Below, one piece after another: positions 46,277 through 56,032 of a DNA stretch of 64,000 nt. The stretch spans positions 17,415-81,414 of the forward strand of contig CP066697.1 of the NCBI GenBank assembly GCA_016432625.1, read 5' to 3'. This stretch comes from Candidatus Berkelbacteria bacterium (GTDB taxonomy: Bacteria > Patescibacteriota > UBA1384 > 2-12-FULL-50-11). A program made the position numbers and the translations under genes. The notes below the pieces were generated by a model. That model made no database searches. It was not told the DNA's origin and saw only the letters and a program-made list of their open reading frames with translations. The stretch's first letter is position 1. Each line of letters starts with the position of its first letter.

Positions 46277-47590
46277 TCAGACGACGAGCGTCTGAACCGT
46301 CAAGGGCACGTGGGTTATCTCGCGGATCGGGCCAGGCCGAATTTTGCGCTCAGGGTTGTAAAACAACTGAGGCGAACTTAGCGGCAAGGCGGTGATCGTT
46401 ATCGAATTCTCGGCTAGTGCCATCTGGGCGATGCCGACAGGCCAAGGCGGGTCGGGGTCTGTAGTGCCGAAGGCGACCGCAAGGTTGTGGCTTGCAGTGA
46501 TGCAGGCCTCACCCTTAGCGGTGTCGTTGTTGGGCGTTGACGATGCGAGGCTGAGTAGCGGTAGCAACAACAGCATGACGCTGAGCGCTGTGACTAGGCT
46601 CCAGCGCGGGATGTTGCTCTGGCGCAGTTGAGCTCGCCAGGCGCGGAAGCGTCGATGGTTGCTAGCGACTTTGCGGACGAAGAGCCGGTCTGCTCGCGAG
46701 AGCGGGCCGAACAACTTCTTCCAACTCCGGCCGCTCCGCCGGAGCTCCGCTTCCGCGATGACCTCTCGCCATGTGTCGAAAGGATAACGCCATAAGTCGA
46801 TCGGCCAGCAGATGATTGCCTTGATCCAGCGTCGCAACTTCTGTAGATCGCTCAGATTTCCGTTAGAGCCAAAGGCCCGCAGTGGATAAGTTAGCGCACT
46901 CAAGAAGGCGATCTTGCCGTAGCTTGCAACCAGCCAGACGGCAAAGCCCCAGATCCACATGTACCAAGGTACTGGTGGAGACTTGGGCAACTTCGCTGCC
47001 CTAGCCGCTTCAGAAGAAGCTACTAGTTGGCTAAGTTCGGATCGTAGCTTCTGGCGGAATTGCTCGGTCTTGTCCTGCTCTTCTTTCAGAACCTTCTGGA
47101 CGGCTGGATTATCCCAGCCGTTTTCGATGTTCTGTTGAGCAAGACGCTGGAGTTCCAGCATGTCACCGAACGTGGTCGCGGCTTCAAACTTGATCTCGTA
47201 AACGTATGAGTCGCGGAGATCGGAGAAGTATTCTGGAATGCTATAGGCTTGTCCAAGCTTCTTAGCCCGATCAACCTTTTGTCGTAGTAGGTTGCCCCAC
47301 TCCGATTGCTTTTCGAGTCGAAGATGGGCGTTAGGGTTAGTGTCGCGGATCCATTCCGAAAAGTTCCGGCCGACCCAGCTGCCAAGCCCCGTGGCCCAAA
47401 AAATCATAAATATAAAGATCACTACTTGAGGAAGCCCGCAGAGCTCCTCACGCAGCGACCGCTTGTCGTCTAACATGATTGTCTCCTTAGGCTGCCTGAG
47501 CAGCTGGGCGCAGTCTACCGGAAAACGGTCGAAAATCAAGGTGCGGCGACTCAATTTCAAGGTGAGGCTTACATTTTTTGCTCGCGGCAA
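46277..47590 (-). CDS. Hypothetical membrane protein
   Basis: Several TM helices; the true start may be MLDDKRS at 47476. Confidence 0.4.
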   Translation of the reverse strand: MPRAKNVSLTLKLSRRTLIFDRFPVDCAQLLRQPKETIMLDDKRSLREELCGLPQVVIFIFMIFWATGLGSWVGRNFSEWIRDTNPNAHLRLEKQSEWGNLLRQKVDRAKKLGQAYSIPEYFSDLRDSYVYEIKFEAATTFGDMLELQRLAQQNIENGWDNPAVQKVLKEEQDKTEQFRQKLRSELSQLVASSEAARAAKLPKSPPVPWYMWIWGFAVWLVASYGKIAFLSALTYPLRAFGSNGNLSDLQKLRRWIKAIICWPIDLWRYPFDTWREVIAEAELRRSGRSWKKLFGPLSRADRLFVRKVASNHRRFRAWRAQLRQSNIPRWSLVTALSVMLLLLPLLSLASSTPNNDTAKGEACITASHNLAVAFGTTDPDPPWPVGIAQMALAENSITITALPLSSPQLFYNPERKIRPGPIREITHVPLTVQTLVV

Positions 47591-47619
47591 AGGGTGTACG
47601 CTGATCGTAGGCTTATCTT

Positions 47620-49737
47620 ATGTCGCCCAGAGTTGAACGGAAGTATTTTCGGGCTACGGCTCTTATCCTGATCGGATTGGGCGTTGTTGTCCTGCCGTTA
47701 GCAACTTTTCTGCTCGGATGGTTCGAAAGCACAAGCGCTGATAAAAATCTGGAAAAGGTTCAAAATGGCATAGAAGCGGATAAGAATTTTGCCAAAGATC
47801 AGACAGCAGCAACGGTTGCTGAAGGGCGAATCCCGGAACTCATAGCTAAACAAGACGTCTTGGGTCTTGTAATGGCTCTGCAAGAAGAAGCCGCGGCGAA
47901 GCAGCTAAGCACAATGGTGGCCGTTAACGACGATGGCGTTGCCCTGGCTCGTTACCCGACCACCTCCAGTCGTGGCGACTTTGTCGCTCAAACTACACCT
48001 TGGGGGCGTTCAGCTGCTCAAGGCAAAGCATTAACGACCGTCGGTCCTGGGCGAAACTTCCCATTGATAGCTCTCTCAGCGCAGCCAATATTACGCGGCG
48101 GATCTGTTAGCGGTGCAGTTTACGGTGGCTTCTGGCTCGATGACGATTATGCGCAGCATTTTAAGCAGATTTATTTTGGTGAGGGCACTAATATTGAAGT
48201 CGCCTTTTTCACAGAGCTCGATGGCGTGGTTGGCAGCAGTTTCGCTTCTGAGAACGCGCGCGAATCTGTTGCGGCGTACATTAATAGCGGTTCCGATCTT
48301 GTTCGGGCTGCGGGTCTCCAAAAGCGCGTTAGGCTTGGCGATCGGCACTTCCTGGTTAAGAAAGTTGCGATCAAAACGGCAGAAAATGAAATATATGGTG
48401 GGGCGTTTGTCTTTGTGCCCCAGAACAGGGCGGTCCAACAATATGTCCTGTCGGTGATATTCGGCCTAGTTTTTGTCGCGATTATCCTGCACGTCCGCCG
48501 CAAACCTTTACGAACAGTGACCGTGGTTGACTGGCTCTGGTTGGTACTGGCAGGGTTCATCGTTGCCGCAATGACCTTTGCGGCCTACCGTATTGTTGCG
48601 CGCACTGTTGTTACCCCTATGGATAGTCCTAAACCGACGATCTACAATTCTGTACTCGGTCTTTCGCCAAATGCTGACATCGTCGACAAAAATTTCGAGA
48701 AACGCGTTGCGGTCAGACTAGCTTCTGGCGGCGAACCAGTGAACGCCGTCCAAATTGGCCTCTCATTCAACCCCGCTGTAGTGCAAGTCAGGGAACTGGT
48801 GACGACAAACTCCTTCTGTCGTCAGGATCTAATCACCCAAAGGATAGTTGATAACACGCTTGGCACGGTTGATTTTAGCTGTGGCTTGCCCACACCTGGC
48901 TTTGGCTACGGGGTTGGCACTATTGTTGAATTAGTCCTGAAGCCAGTCGCCGACGGCGAGACAGTGATAGGCTTCAACAAAAGTAAAACGAGGGTTCTGG
49001 CAAACGATGGTCTGGGTACAAATGTTTTACGAGCCGCGGCCAATGGCAGCTACAGGGTAGTCGATCTTGCAAGCTCGAGTAGTGAACCGAGTACCTCAGA
49101 GCAAACCTCTTCGGCACTTCCTTCGCTGGATAGTCTGGCTGCGCCTTTAGTTTTCTCCTCGACCCATCCTAATAGTGAAGTGTGGGTTGCTAGTCGGCGG
49201 GCAGAGTTTAGTTGGCAACCTCGGGAGGGTTACCAAGCAATTTATCGCTTGGATCAGAGTTCAAATGGCACTCCAGAGAGCGGGACCGTTACCGCTAGCG
49301 CCAGTACGGTCGTTGTACTCCCTGCCGACGGCGAACAATACTTCCACGTCGCCTGGTTAAAGGACGGCGTCATGGGGCAGGTTGCTCACTATCGAGTGAG
49401 AATTGATGAAACAGCGCCTGAGGCGCCTGTTGTTCGGGCTAGCCAAAACCGCGTCAAGGTTGGCGAGGTCGTTCGTTTTGAGTTTGCAAGCAGCGACGCT
49501 ACAAGCGGTTTGCAGGACACCTTCTATACTAAGGTTTACTTGAAGGGCCGCGAAGAACAGCTCCGCTTGCCCTCGGCTTCAACGCTCTCGGTGCCATTTG
49601 AGCAGCCAGGGACTTATTTTGTCGAGGTCAGAGCTTTTGATAACGCCGACAACTACAGTGACACTAAGTACGTCATCCAGGTTGAATCTCCTTCGCTAAT
49701 CCAGAAACTGATTGATTTTGTCCGGTCGTTAGTTTAA
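47620..49737 (+). CDS. Large membrane-embedded surface protein: N-terminal TM, ~250-aa extracytoplasmic domain, two TM helices, C-terminal ~400-aa beta-rich (cohesin/Ig-like) region
   Basis: Hydrophobicity pattern; C-terminal region 'VQIGLSFNPAVVQVRELV...GTVDFSCGLPTPGFGYGVGTIVELVLKPV' resembles cohesin/Ig-like folds. Confidence 0.45.
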   Translation: MSPRVERKYFRATALILIGLGVVVLPLATFLLGWFESTSADKNLEKVQNGIEADKNFAKDQTAATVAEGRIPELIAKQDVLGLVMALQEEAAAKQLSTMVAVNDDGVALARYPTTSSRGDFVAQTTPWGRSAAQGKALTTVGPGRNFPLIALSAQPILRGGSVSGAVYGGFWLDDDYAQHFKQIYFGEGTNIEVAFFTELDGVVGSSFASENARESVAAYINSGSDLVRAAGLQKRVRLGDRHFLVKKVAIKTAENEIYGGAFVFVPQNRAVQQYVLSVIFGLVFVAIILHVRRKPLRTVTVVDWLWLVLAGFIVAAMTFAAYRIVARTVVTPMDSPKPTIYNSVLGLSPNADIVDKNFEKRVAVRLASGGEPVNAVQIGLSFNPAVVQVRELVTTNSFCRQDLITQRIVDNTLGTVDFSCGLPTPGFGYGVGTIVELVLKPVADGETVIGFNKSKTRVLANDGLGTNVLRAAANGSYRVVDLASSSSEPSTSEQTSSALPSLDSLAAPLVFSSTHPNSEVWVASRRAEFSWQPREGYQAIYRLDQSSNGTPESGTVTASASTVVVLPADGEQYFHVAWLKDGVMGQVAHYRVRIDETAPEAPVVRASQNRVKVGEVVRFEFASSDATSGLQDTFYTKVYLKGREEQLRLPSASTLSVPFEQPGTYFVEVRAFDNADNYSDTKYVIQVESPSLIQKLIDFVRSLV

Positions 49738-50246
49738 CTCGGTGCGATAAGTTTTTTGACCCGCGCAATAATCGGTGCTTCGTTGATATCTTCACGCCCG
49801 GTAGACTTAAATTGTTGCTGCATTTTTTGCATCAAAAAGTTAGGCTCATGCCATTCTAGAGTGCTGCGAGCTTCAGCGTCGCCACGACGGCGACTGTTAA
49901 GATCGTCAGAAACGTATTGGCAAAGAAAATACAGGGTGGTTTTTTCGATCTTGGTATTTTTTTGAGTGAAGTGGCACAGAATACTGCCGATATATGTCTT
50001 TAAGGTCGTCTTCATGCCAAACTCTTCCATTAAGCCGCGGCTAAGCGCAACTTCTAGCGTCTCGTTAGGCTCAACGGTTTCGCGCATTAACAAGTAAACA
50101 TCGCGCTCGTAACGGGTGCCGAAAACCTCGAACGGTAACTTAGTAAAGTGATGACTGCAGATTTTACCTTCATCATTAATGACAACAGCCCCGATGCTGA
50201 GGTGGCTCTGGCCATTGTCCTTCCAGGAAAAATAATTAGCTGCCAT
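49734..50246 (-). CDS. NUDIX hydrolase
   Basis: Nudix box 'ETLEVALSRGLMEEFGM' (one E replaced by G); AT-richer than its surroundings. Confidence 0.55.
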   Translation of the reverse strand: MAANYFSWKDNGQSHLSIGAVVINDEGKICSHHFTKLPFEVFGTRYERDVYLLMRETVEPNETLEVALSRGLMEEFGMKTTLKTYIGSILCHFTQKNTKIEKTTLYFLCQYVSDDLNSRRRGDAEARSTLEWHEPNFLMQKMQQQFKSTGREDINEAPIIARVKKLIAPS

Positions 50247-50292
50247 GAGCTCATATTAGGGTTAGCGCCATATAATGTCGAGATAAGTAAAT

Positions 50293-50316
50293 GGGCCCGG
50301 GGTATTCCCCGGGCCC
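50293..50316 (-). terminator. Perfect 10-bp palindrome (GGGCCCGGGG-TATT-CCCCGGGCCC) terminator after the 50332..51309 gene
   Basis: Sits 16 nt past the stop codon, followed on the minus strand by an ATTTACTTATCTC T-rich tract. Confidence 0.45.
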
Positions 50317-50331
50317 ACTGATGAGGCTTTC

Positions 50332-51309
50332 TCACACGCAAAGCCCTCGAAGCGTCTCTTCGGTGTCGGTTAAACGCTCGTCCTGCTTCGCAATGGCAAG
50401 GTCGAGCTCCCTGACTTGCTGCAGGTGTCGATCCTTATCGCGAAGGGCGGCGTCGCGGAGCTTAACGAGCGTTGCTGCCTCCCGCTGAAGCTGTTCGATC
50501 CGTTCATGACGGCGAACTTCTTCTTGGTCCTCGACATACTCGCCGAATAGAACCGTGGGCAGGAAGACCTGGTCCTTGATTCCCGGAACAGGTTCGAGTA
50601 CGCCAAGCTTGACGAGCTCGTTGACCAACGCCTGGGTGATGTTCGAGTTCTCGAACCGCACATGCATCAGTCGGCTGATTTCCTGGCAAATGGCACCGTA
50701 GCCAACGCCTGCGAGGCAGTCTGAGCGATCGTTTAACGCCGCACAGAGCTGCTGCAAGAAAGCTCGCTTCTTGACAGCCCTGACGTATTGCAGTGTCTGA
50801 TCGAGCCGCTGGGCTCGTTCTCGCCGCTTCCTGCCGACAATCGCTTCGGGACCGTCGGGCACCTCTTTGGTGAGGGACGCCATTGGGTCGTGCTTGCCCA
50901 GATGTAGCTGGGCTGCCGGACGGGCGCGGACGAGAATCTCGTCGATCCGTCCAGGGTCAGGGTGAACGAGGTGGCACAGCCAGTGATAGCGGCTTTGCTC
51001 GTCGGTCACTTTCCTTCCAGGTTTTGGACGAATCCTAACCTGAAGGCTTGATTGGTTATATTCAGGGCGACAGATCACCACCAGGCCGGTGAATGATCGA
51101 CTACCCGGAATGCGACGGCATTCGACTTGCAACTCAAGCTCAAGCGTCTCCTCGACGTCTGGAGCAATCGTATTCAGCCATTCTGTTGCCGTCTCCTCGA
51201 GCGCCACAAGCGGCGGCTTAATGTCGTGTTGACCTTGCGGCCGACCGTTACTCACTGTGACACGGTGTTGAGGCCTCGGCTTACGACTACGATTAAAGAT
51301 AGTTAGCAA
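50332..51309 (-). CDS. Hypothetical protein with predicted winged-helix region and C-terminal coiled coil
   Basis: 'AICQEISRLMHVRFENSNITQALVNELVKLGVLE' wHTH-like; 'EQLQREAATLVKLRDAALRDKDRHLQQVRELDLAIAKQDERL' coiled coil; GC-rich. Confidence 0.4.
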   Translation of the reverse strand: MLTIFNRSRKPRPQHRVTVSNGRPQGQHDIKPPLVALEETATEWLNTIAPDVEETLELELQVECRRIPGSRSFTGLVVICRPEYNQSSLQVRIRPKPGRKVTDEQSRYHWLCHLVHPDPGRIDEILVRARPAAQLHLGKHDPMASLTKEVPDGPEAIVGRKRRERAQRLDQTLQYVRAVKKRAFLQQLCAALNDRSDCLAGVGYGAICQEISRLMHVRFENSNITQALVNELVKLGVLEPVPGIKDQVFLPTVLFGEYVEDQEEVRRHERIEQLQREAATLVKLRDAALRDKDRHLQQVRELDLAIAKQDERLTDTEETLRGLCV

Positions 51310-51436
51310 CTAGGTCTTCTCCGATGAAAGGATCAGCTCCTGAGTCGAAACTCAGTAGTTGTCCGCTTCATTTTACTGCCAAACGGAAACTAAATCCACC
51401 ACTTAAGGGGGCATTTTAGCTAATCTCGGCCTGGAT

Positions 51437-52219
51437 CTAACGGCAGTAATCACTAGTTTTGCCGCTGGTAGAATCGCCGCCGGGTAAGGCTTTGAGTACT
51501 GCTGACTCAGCTGCCGGGAGCCAATCTAGCCAACAAACGGCATAGATCGCCTGGTCGCCTTCTTCTTTGTGAGCAGCAACCCATGACGAATCTTCGGAAG
51601 CCGCATTCTTCTGACGCTTGTCGTAAAGACCGAAGTCAAACGACGCGTTCGGACCCTCCGGGGCGCCGGGCGGACTATTCTCAAATCCAACCGCTGTGGC
51701 AATTATTTCGCCCGCCTCAACACTGACGTTGGAAACACGGCTGGTTCTTGAGTTATCTACCTCTGCTTCGGGCAACTTGTCGGCTGCCGCTTGAAGTTTG
51801 GGCGAGAGCGTCTTCAAATGGTCAAACCGATATTCCAGGCCACAGTCGGTCTTGAAGTCAAACATATACTGCAGCTCATCCATCTCTATGTAGCGGCTAC
51901 CACCCGTGACTTTGGCTGCTAACGGTGCCACAACATTGGCCAGGTTGTTGTCGGTATTATTCAACCTGAAGCCACCGTGTGGTTTGAAGTCGCCGCCGCG
52001 TACTTGCCCTGGGTAAAGAACGCTCGTAACTAACGAAACATCCACAGGTGACTTCAAAGCAGTCGGGCTGCAGGCAGCCTGAGTATTGGTTGCGTTCGAG
52101 CTTGTCTCGGGTGAGGCAGGGGAGCTTTTATGTCCGGTACTGAGGTAGATTGCTAGCCCAGCAAACAAGATCACCAAAGGCAAAGCGATGAAAATAAACA
52201 TCCGTCGCGTCGGGCTCAT
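51437..52219 (-). CDS. Hypothetical secreted protein
   Basis: Signal-anchor 'MFIFIALPLVILFAGLAIYL' followed by a soluble domain. Confidence 0.4.
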   Translation of the reverse strand: MSPTRRMFIFIALPLVILFAGLAIYLSTGHKSSPASPETSSNATNTQAACSPTALKSPVDVSLVTSVLYPGQVRGGDFKPHGGFRLNNTDNNLANVVAPLAAKVTGGSRYIEMDELQYMFDFKTDCGLEYRFDHLKTLSPKLQAAADKLPEAEVDNSRTSRVSNVSVEAGEIIATAVGFENSPPGAPEGPNASFDFGLYDKRQKNAASEDSSWVAAHKEEGDQAIYAVCWLDWLPAAESAVLKALPGGDSTSGKTSDYCR

Positions 52220-52251
52220 AAAATTATCGTAACCGGCTTATGAAAAACTGT

Positions 52252-53382
52252 CTATTTCGCGCTGCGGTGGGCACTGCCGACAGCTTGGCTAAGCGTGCTA
52301 TAGCCGTCACGTTTCAACAAGCGCACCAGGCCGCGGTTAATCTCGCCGATAAGTTGGGGTCCGTTGTAGACCATTCCAGTAATGAGTTGAACGAGCGTCG
52401 CCCCGCGCCTAATTTTTTCATAGGCGTCCTCGGCGCTGAAAATGCCCCCAACGCCTATCAGGGCGAATCTATCGCCCGACTTTTCATAGATGTAAGACAG
52501 CAAGTCGTTAGACAACTCCTCAACGACCTTGCCGCTGATACCGCCAGGCCCAGGAATCACCTTCTCGACAATTTTTGCCCGTATTTTTTTATTGTCACGG
52601 TCCTTAGTCAGGTTGGCGCAAACTAGGCCACTGACTTGGTATTTTGTACAAATCTCTAGAATTCTATCTACTTGTTCACACGCCAAGTCCGGCGGTAGTT
52701 TGACGAAGACAGGCTTTTTAGTCGGAACGGTTCGCAGCTCGTCGAGTAAGGTCTCAAGCCGGGCGACGTCATTGAACGGTTGGCCGCCGAAAGCGTTCGG
52801 GCAACTGATGTTAACAGTGGTGTAGTCGCCGATGTCGCTGAAGGCCTTAAAGCTCTTTAAGTAGTCCTCGACGCCGGCCTTATCTTGGGCGGTCGCTTGG
52901 ATATTCGCTTTGGCGACGCTCGTTCCAACGGGAAGCGTAAAACTTTTGTTTTTCAGTCGTTTGGCAACGGCGGCACTGCCCGTACTATTAAGGCCGTAAT
53001 TAACGACAAGAGCCTTTGAGGCTCTCAAGCGCCACAGGCGTGGTTTGGCATTCCCTAGGCTAGGTAGACCTGTGATTGAACCGATTTCGGCGTGCCCAAA
53101 ACCAACTGCTGGTAGGATGTCGACGAGCAGCCCCTCTTTGTCGAAACCCGCCGCGAGGCCAACCGGATTAGAAAACCTAATGCCGCATACAACTTGTTCC
53201 AACATCGGGTGGTCGTAACGTAAGGCGAATCTAACTATCCATCTCCAGAAAGCCGAGTGGCCAAGCTTGATGCCAACCTGGGTCATGCGGTCGTGCACTT
53301 TCTCGGCGTCGTGGGCAAAAAAATAGGGCTTCATCGCCCCTCGATATATTCCGCCAATTATTCTTGCCAAGACTGTTTGCAT
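52252..53382 (-). CDS. pyrD: Dihydroorotate dehydrogenase (quinone), class 2
   Basis: N-terminal membrane-association helix, 'NPVGLAAGFDK', 'GGISG' and 'IGVGGI' FMN motifs. Confidence 0.85.
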   Translation of the reverse strand: MQTVLARIIGGIYRGAMKPYFFAHDAEKVHDRMTQVGIKLGHSAFWRWIVRFALRYDHPMLEQVVCGIRFSNPVGLAAGFDKEGLLVDILPAVGFGHAEIGSITGLPSLGNAKPRLWRLRASKALVVNYGLNSTGSAAVAKRLKNKSFTLPVGTSVAKANIQATAQDKAGVEDYLKSFKAFSDIGDYTTVNISCPNAFGGQPFNDVARLETLLDELRTVPTKKPVFVKLPPDLACEQVDRILEICTKYQVSGLVCANLTKDRDNKKIRAKIVEKVIPGPGGISGKVVEELSNDLLSYIYEKSGDRFALIGVGGIFSAEDAYEKIRRGATLVQLITGMVYNGPQLIGEINRGLVRLLKRDGYSTLSQAVGSAHRSAK

Positions 53383-53507
53383 GATTTAATTCTATTCTCA
53401 AACCAAGCTAGCGGAAACTCTTTTTGGCTTCGCGGAGCCGCGTAGGCGAGCGGGAGCGCAAAAGCTAGCAGGGTTTTGACGCGGCCGAAAGGGTTTTCGC
53501 TGGCGTA

Positions 53508-53756
53508 CTACCCTTCACGCTCCACACCGACAGTGCACTCGCTAACAAGCGCGGCAATGGCACCAATGGCAGCCAGTACCGGCGCAATGACGGCGCCGAT
53601 CACTCCAACAGTTAAGGGCATTTGTACTAATGTCTTCCCGTCCTTGTCTTTAATAGTAATGGAACGAACATTCCCCTCTTTAATTAGCTGCTTAACTTTC
53701 TTCAGAACGTCTTCGCCGCTAACTTTGAATTCTTCATAATGTTGTTTCTTCGCCAT
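53508..53756 (-). CDS. DUF4342-like small protein with C-terminal TM
   Basis: 'EEFKVSGEDVLKKVKQLIKEGNVRSITIKDKDGKTLVQMPLTVGV' matches the DUF4342 pattern; start placed at MAKKQHY. Confidence 0.5.
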   Translation of the reverse strand: MAKKQHYEEFKVSGEDVLKKVKQLIKEGNVRSITIKDKDGKTLVQMPLTVGVIGAVIAPVLAAIGAIAALVSECTVGVEREG

Positions 53757-53865
53757 TAAATCCTTTCGGGTACATTCCACGCCTATTAGGTATTAGTGTC
53801 AATGGATGCCTAAATAGTGAAACGCCGCCTGGTTTAACCAGACGGCGTTTGGTTTCTCGAGCTTC

Positions 53866-54846
53866 TTATGCCCAGGAATAGGGCATGAGTTCGCCCTTGA
53901 TGGCGGCCTCGATGTTATCGATCATCATGTCGAACGATCTTTCGGCCGAAACGTCAGTGAAGTGAGCGATCTGTGGCGTTGCCAAGATCGCGGGGTGATC
54001 CTTCACCTCCAGGTAAGTGGGCGCGGTCTCGTCGCCCGGAGCGCGGTTGCCGATGTCAATGGCCGCCACGTACAGATGATTGCTATCGAGCGCGGCCAGC
54101 AGGTCGGGAATAACCCAGACCCCACCGGTCGAAGCCGGGCTGGTCATTGTGACGAAGACACTTCCCGACCGCATCGACTGAAAGAACTCAGCATTGAGCA
54201 TCCCCTGGTTTTCGGGATTGCTGCTGAGGCAGTTGACCACAACATCGGCATCAGCCACCGCAAGCGTCAGGTCACTCTGACAACTTGGAGCCGAGGAGGC
54301 ATCCTCTTTGTGACGACAGAAGTTTGTGACCTCCATGTCGAAAGGCTGGGCGCGTTTGATGACCTCTTTGCCGACGTGGCCGTTGCCCCCAAGGACCGTC
54401 AGCTTCTTGCCGATCAGACTGCGCTTCCTCTGTAAGATGTCCCCATCCTCGTCGTGAGGAAGGCGGTAGATGCCCAGTATCGCCAGCATCACCCACTCCG
54501 CAACAGAGCCGGCGTTGCAGCCGGGCGCGTAGCCAAGGTTTATCCCCGCTTCACGCACTCTGTCCTTTGGGAATAGATTGACGTTGACGAACGGGAACGA
54601 CACGCAGCTACCTGCCTCCAGGTGGTACAGCGCATAGTCGTCCTTCGGGCCGTCGTCCTTAACTGGCCAGGTCATCCCTGACTTACCGGAGCAGACGAAC
54701 TCGAAGCCTTTGCAGCGCTCTAGCCACTCGGCGGCGGTTGCTGGTTCCGAATCGTGGTAGCTGACTACCAGTTGGCGTCCCAAACGGTTCTTCTGCTCTT
54801 CGCTAAGATCCAGGGGACTAGTGACAACGATTGATTTCGAACTCAT
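53866..54846 (-). CDS. D-isomer-specific 2-hydroxyacid dehydrogenase family protein
   Basis: NAD-binding 'GKKLTVLGGNGHVGKEV', catalytic-domain 'AEWVMLAILGIYR' and 'HLYVAAIDIG'. Confidence 0.65.
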   Translation of the reverse strand: MSSKSIVVTSPLDLSEEQKNRLGRQLVVSYHDSEPATAAEWLERCKGFEFVCSGKSGMTWPVKDDGPKDDYALYHLEAGSCVSFPFVNVNLFPKDRVREAGINLGYAPGCNAGSVAEWVMLAILGIYRLPHDEDGDILQRKRSLIGKKLTVLGGNGHVGKEVIKRAQPFDMEVTNFCRHKEDASSAPSCQSDLTLAVADADVVVNCLSSNPENQGMLNAEFFQSMRSGSVFVTMTSPASTGGVWVIPDLLAALDSNHLYVAAIDIGNRAPGDETAPTYLEVKDHPAILATPQIAHFTDVSAERSFDMMIDNIEAAIKGELMPYSWA

Positions 54847-54965
54847 TCTTCTTCTTCCTCCTGTCGCACCAAAAACGAACCGCTAGACGGCAGTTAAGGT
54901 GCGATGATTAGAGGGATTGTAGCGGAATATTAGCCCAAACTCAATCAGTTGAGCGGTAATGTGGC

Positions 54966-54993
54966 GATGCCGTCGCTCGAGGGCGACGGCATC
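54966..54993. other. Perfect 11-bp palindromic hairpin (GATGCCGTCGC-TCGAGG-GCGACGGCATC)
   Basis: Lies 11 nt downstream of the 55004..55429 gene's stop; no T-run. Confidence 0.3.
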
Positions 54994-55003
54994 TGGATGA
55001 CGG

Positions 55004-55429
55004 TTAGGTTGTGGCGACTCGCTCCCTGGTTCGAGCAATCTTGGTGATTGCTGCCAGGACTTCCCCATGCAGAGTAGCCACGTGAGCGAGCTGGTCCTTA
55101 TTTCCCCTGGGGATTAGTACCACAACTGGTTCTTGGAAGGCGCGACGGATGGAGAAGAACTTCTCCTTGGTCACTTCCTCTTTGCGAACCCGCATACGCT
55201 TGACGACTCTGCCCATCTCATCGTCAGTCGGATGCTTGATGAGGATATCGGGGTCTGTCGCTGAATCATTCAGCACGAGGCGGATATTTCCTGGCAGGCA
55301 GTAACCCCGAGCTACCCCTCGATGGTCGTGACGCAGCCCGTGGCTTAGATCGGTGCGGAGTGTTGTGGCAAGTTTGCCGGTTACGTCGGCAAAGGCGATG
55401 ACGATCATGATCGGTGATTTTTGGCTCAT
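55004..55429 (-). CDS. Hypothetical protein
   Basis: 141-aa ORF with no recognised domain. Confidence 0.35.
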   Translation of the reverse strand: MSQKSPIMIVIAFADVTGKLATTLRTDLSHGLRHDHRGVARGYCLPGNIRLVLNDSATDPDILIKHPTDDEMGRVVKRMRVRKEEVTKEKFFSIRRAFQEPVVVLIPRGNKDQLAHVATLHGEVLAAITKIARTRERVATT

Positions 55430-55581
55430 AGGTACTAGCTCCTGAATACTGTGGAGCTATTTTAAGCTTAAGATTGTTTAGTATCAAGGCTAGCGCCTTC
55501 ATTTATAGTCAAATTTTTGCTATATTTATCCGCGTCTTTACCTTCAGCAATCAGCTAGTGGGTGGAGCGAGGAATTAGAAA

Positions 55582-55920
55582 TTGGAAACCCAAGCATTCG
55601 CCGTTGTCTTTGCTTATGACCCCCAGAGGAACGACTACAAGAGCGCCAAGGCGATCGAAGACGAGATCGAGTCTGGCCAGCTCACCAGCGTCTACGCCGT
55701 CAGCGGTCGCAGCGCGGGTGTCTGTACCCGCAAGTCCGACAAGGCCGTTCCGGTCAAGGAGTGGTTCCCTGAGGGCGCCCAGGCCATCGAGAAAGTGAAC
55801 CTCGATCGTGTTCATCTCGTCGATGAGTCGGTCGAAATGGCTGACAAGACCTGGTGCGTCAAGCTAATCGCTGATGTCAGCTACAACATCGCCGACGTCG
55901 TCACCCCACCGGCCGACTAG
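55582..55920 (+). CDS. Hypothetical protein
   Basis: 112-aa ORF after a 150-nt AT-rich promoter region. Confidence 0.35.
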   Translation: METQAFAVVFAYDPQRNDYKSAKAIEDEIESGQLTSVYAVSGRSAGVCTRKSDKAVPVKEWFPEGAQAIEKVNLDRVHLVDESVEMADKTWCVKLIADVSYNIADVVTPPAD

Positions 55921-56032
55921 GCCAACTCGTCCCGCCTCCCAAGCGCCGCAGGTTCTTACACCTGCGGCGTCTTTGTGTTAGAATTTCCTCCAACCAAAGT
56001 GTGATTGGTAGAACACTAGGAGGTTCTTTCTC

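Noticed and set aside
52240-52825. ORFs on the + strand opposite pyrD (52240..52626, 52529..52825)
   Set aside because: Antisense shadow frames within a clearly identified class-2 DHODH gene
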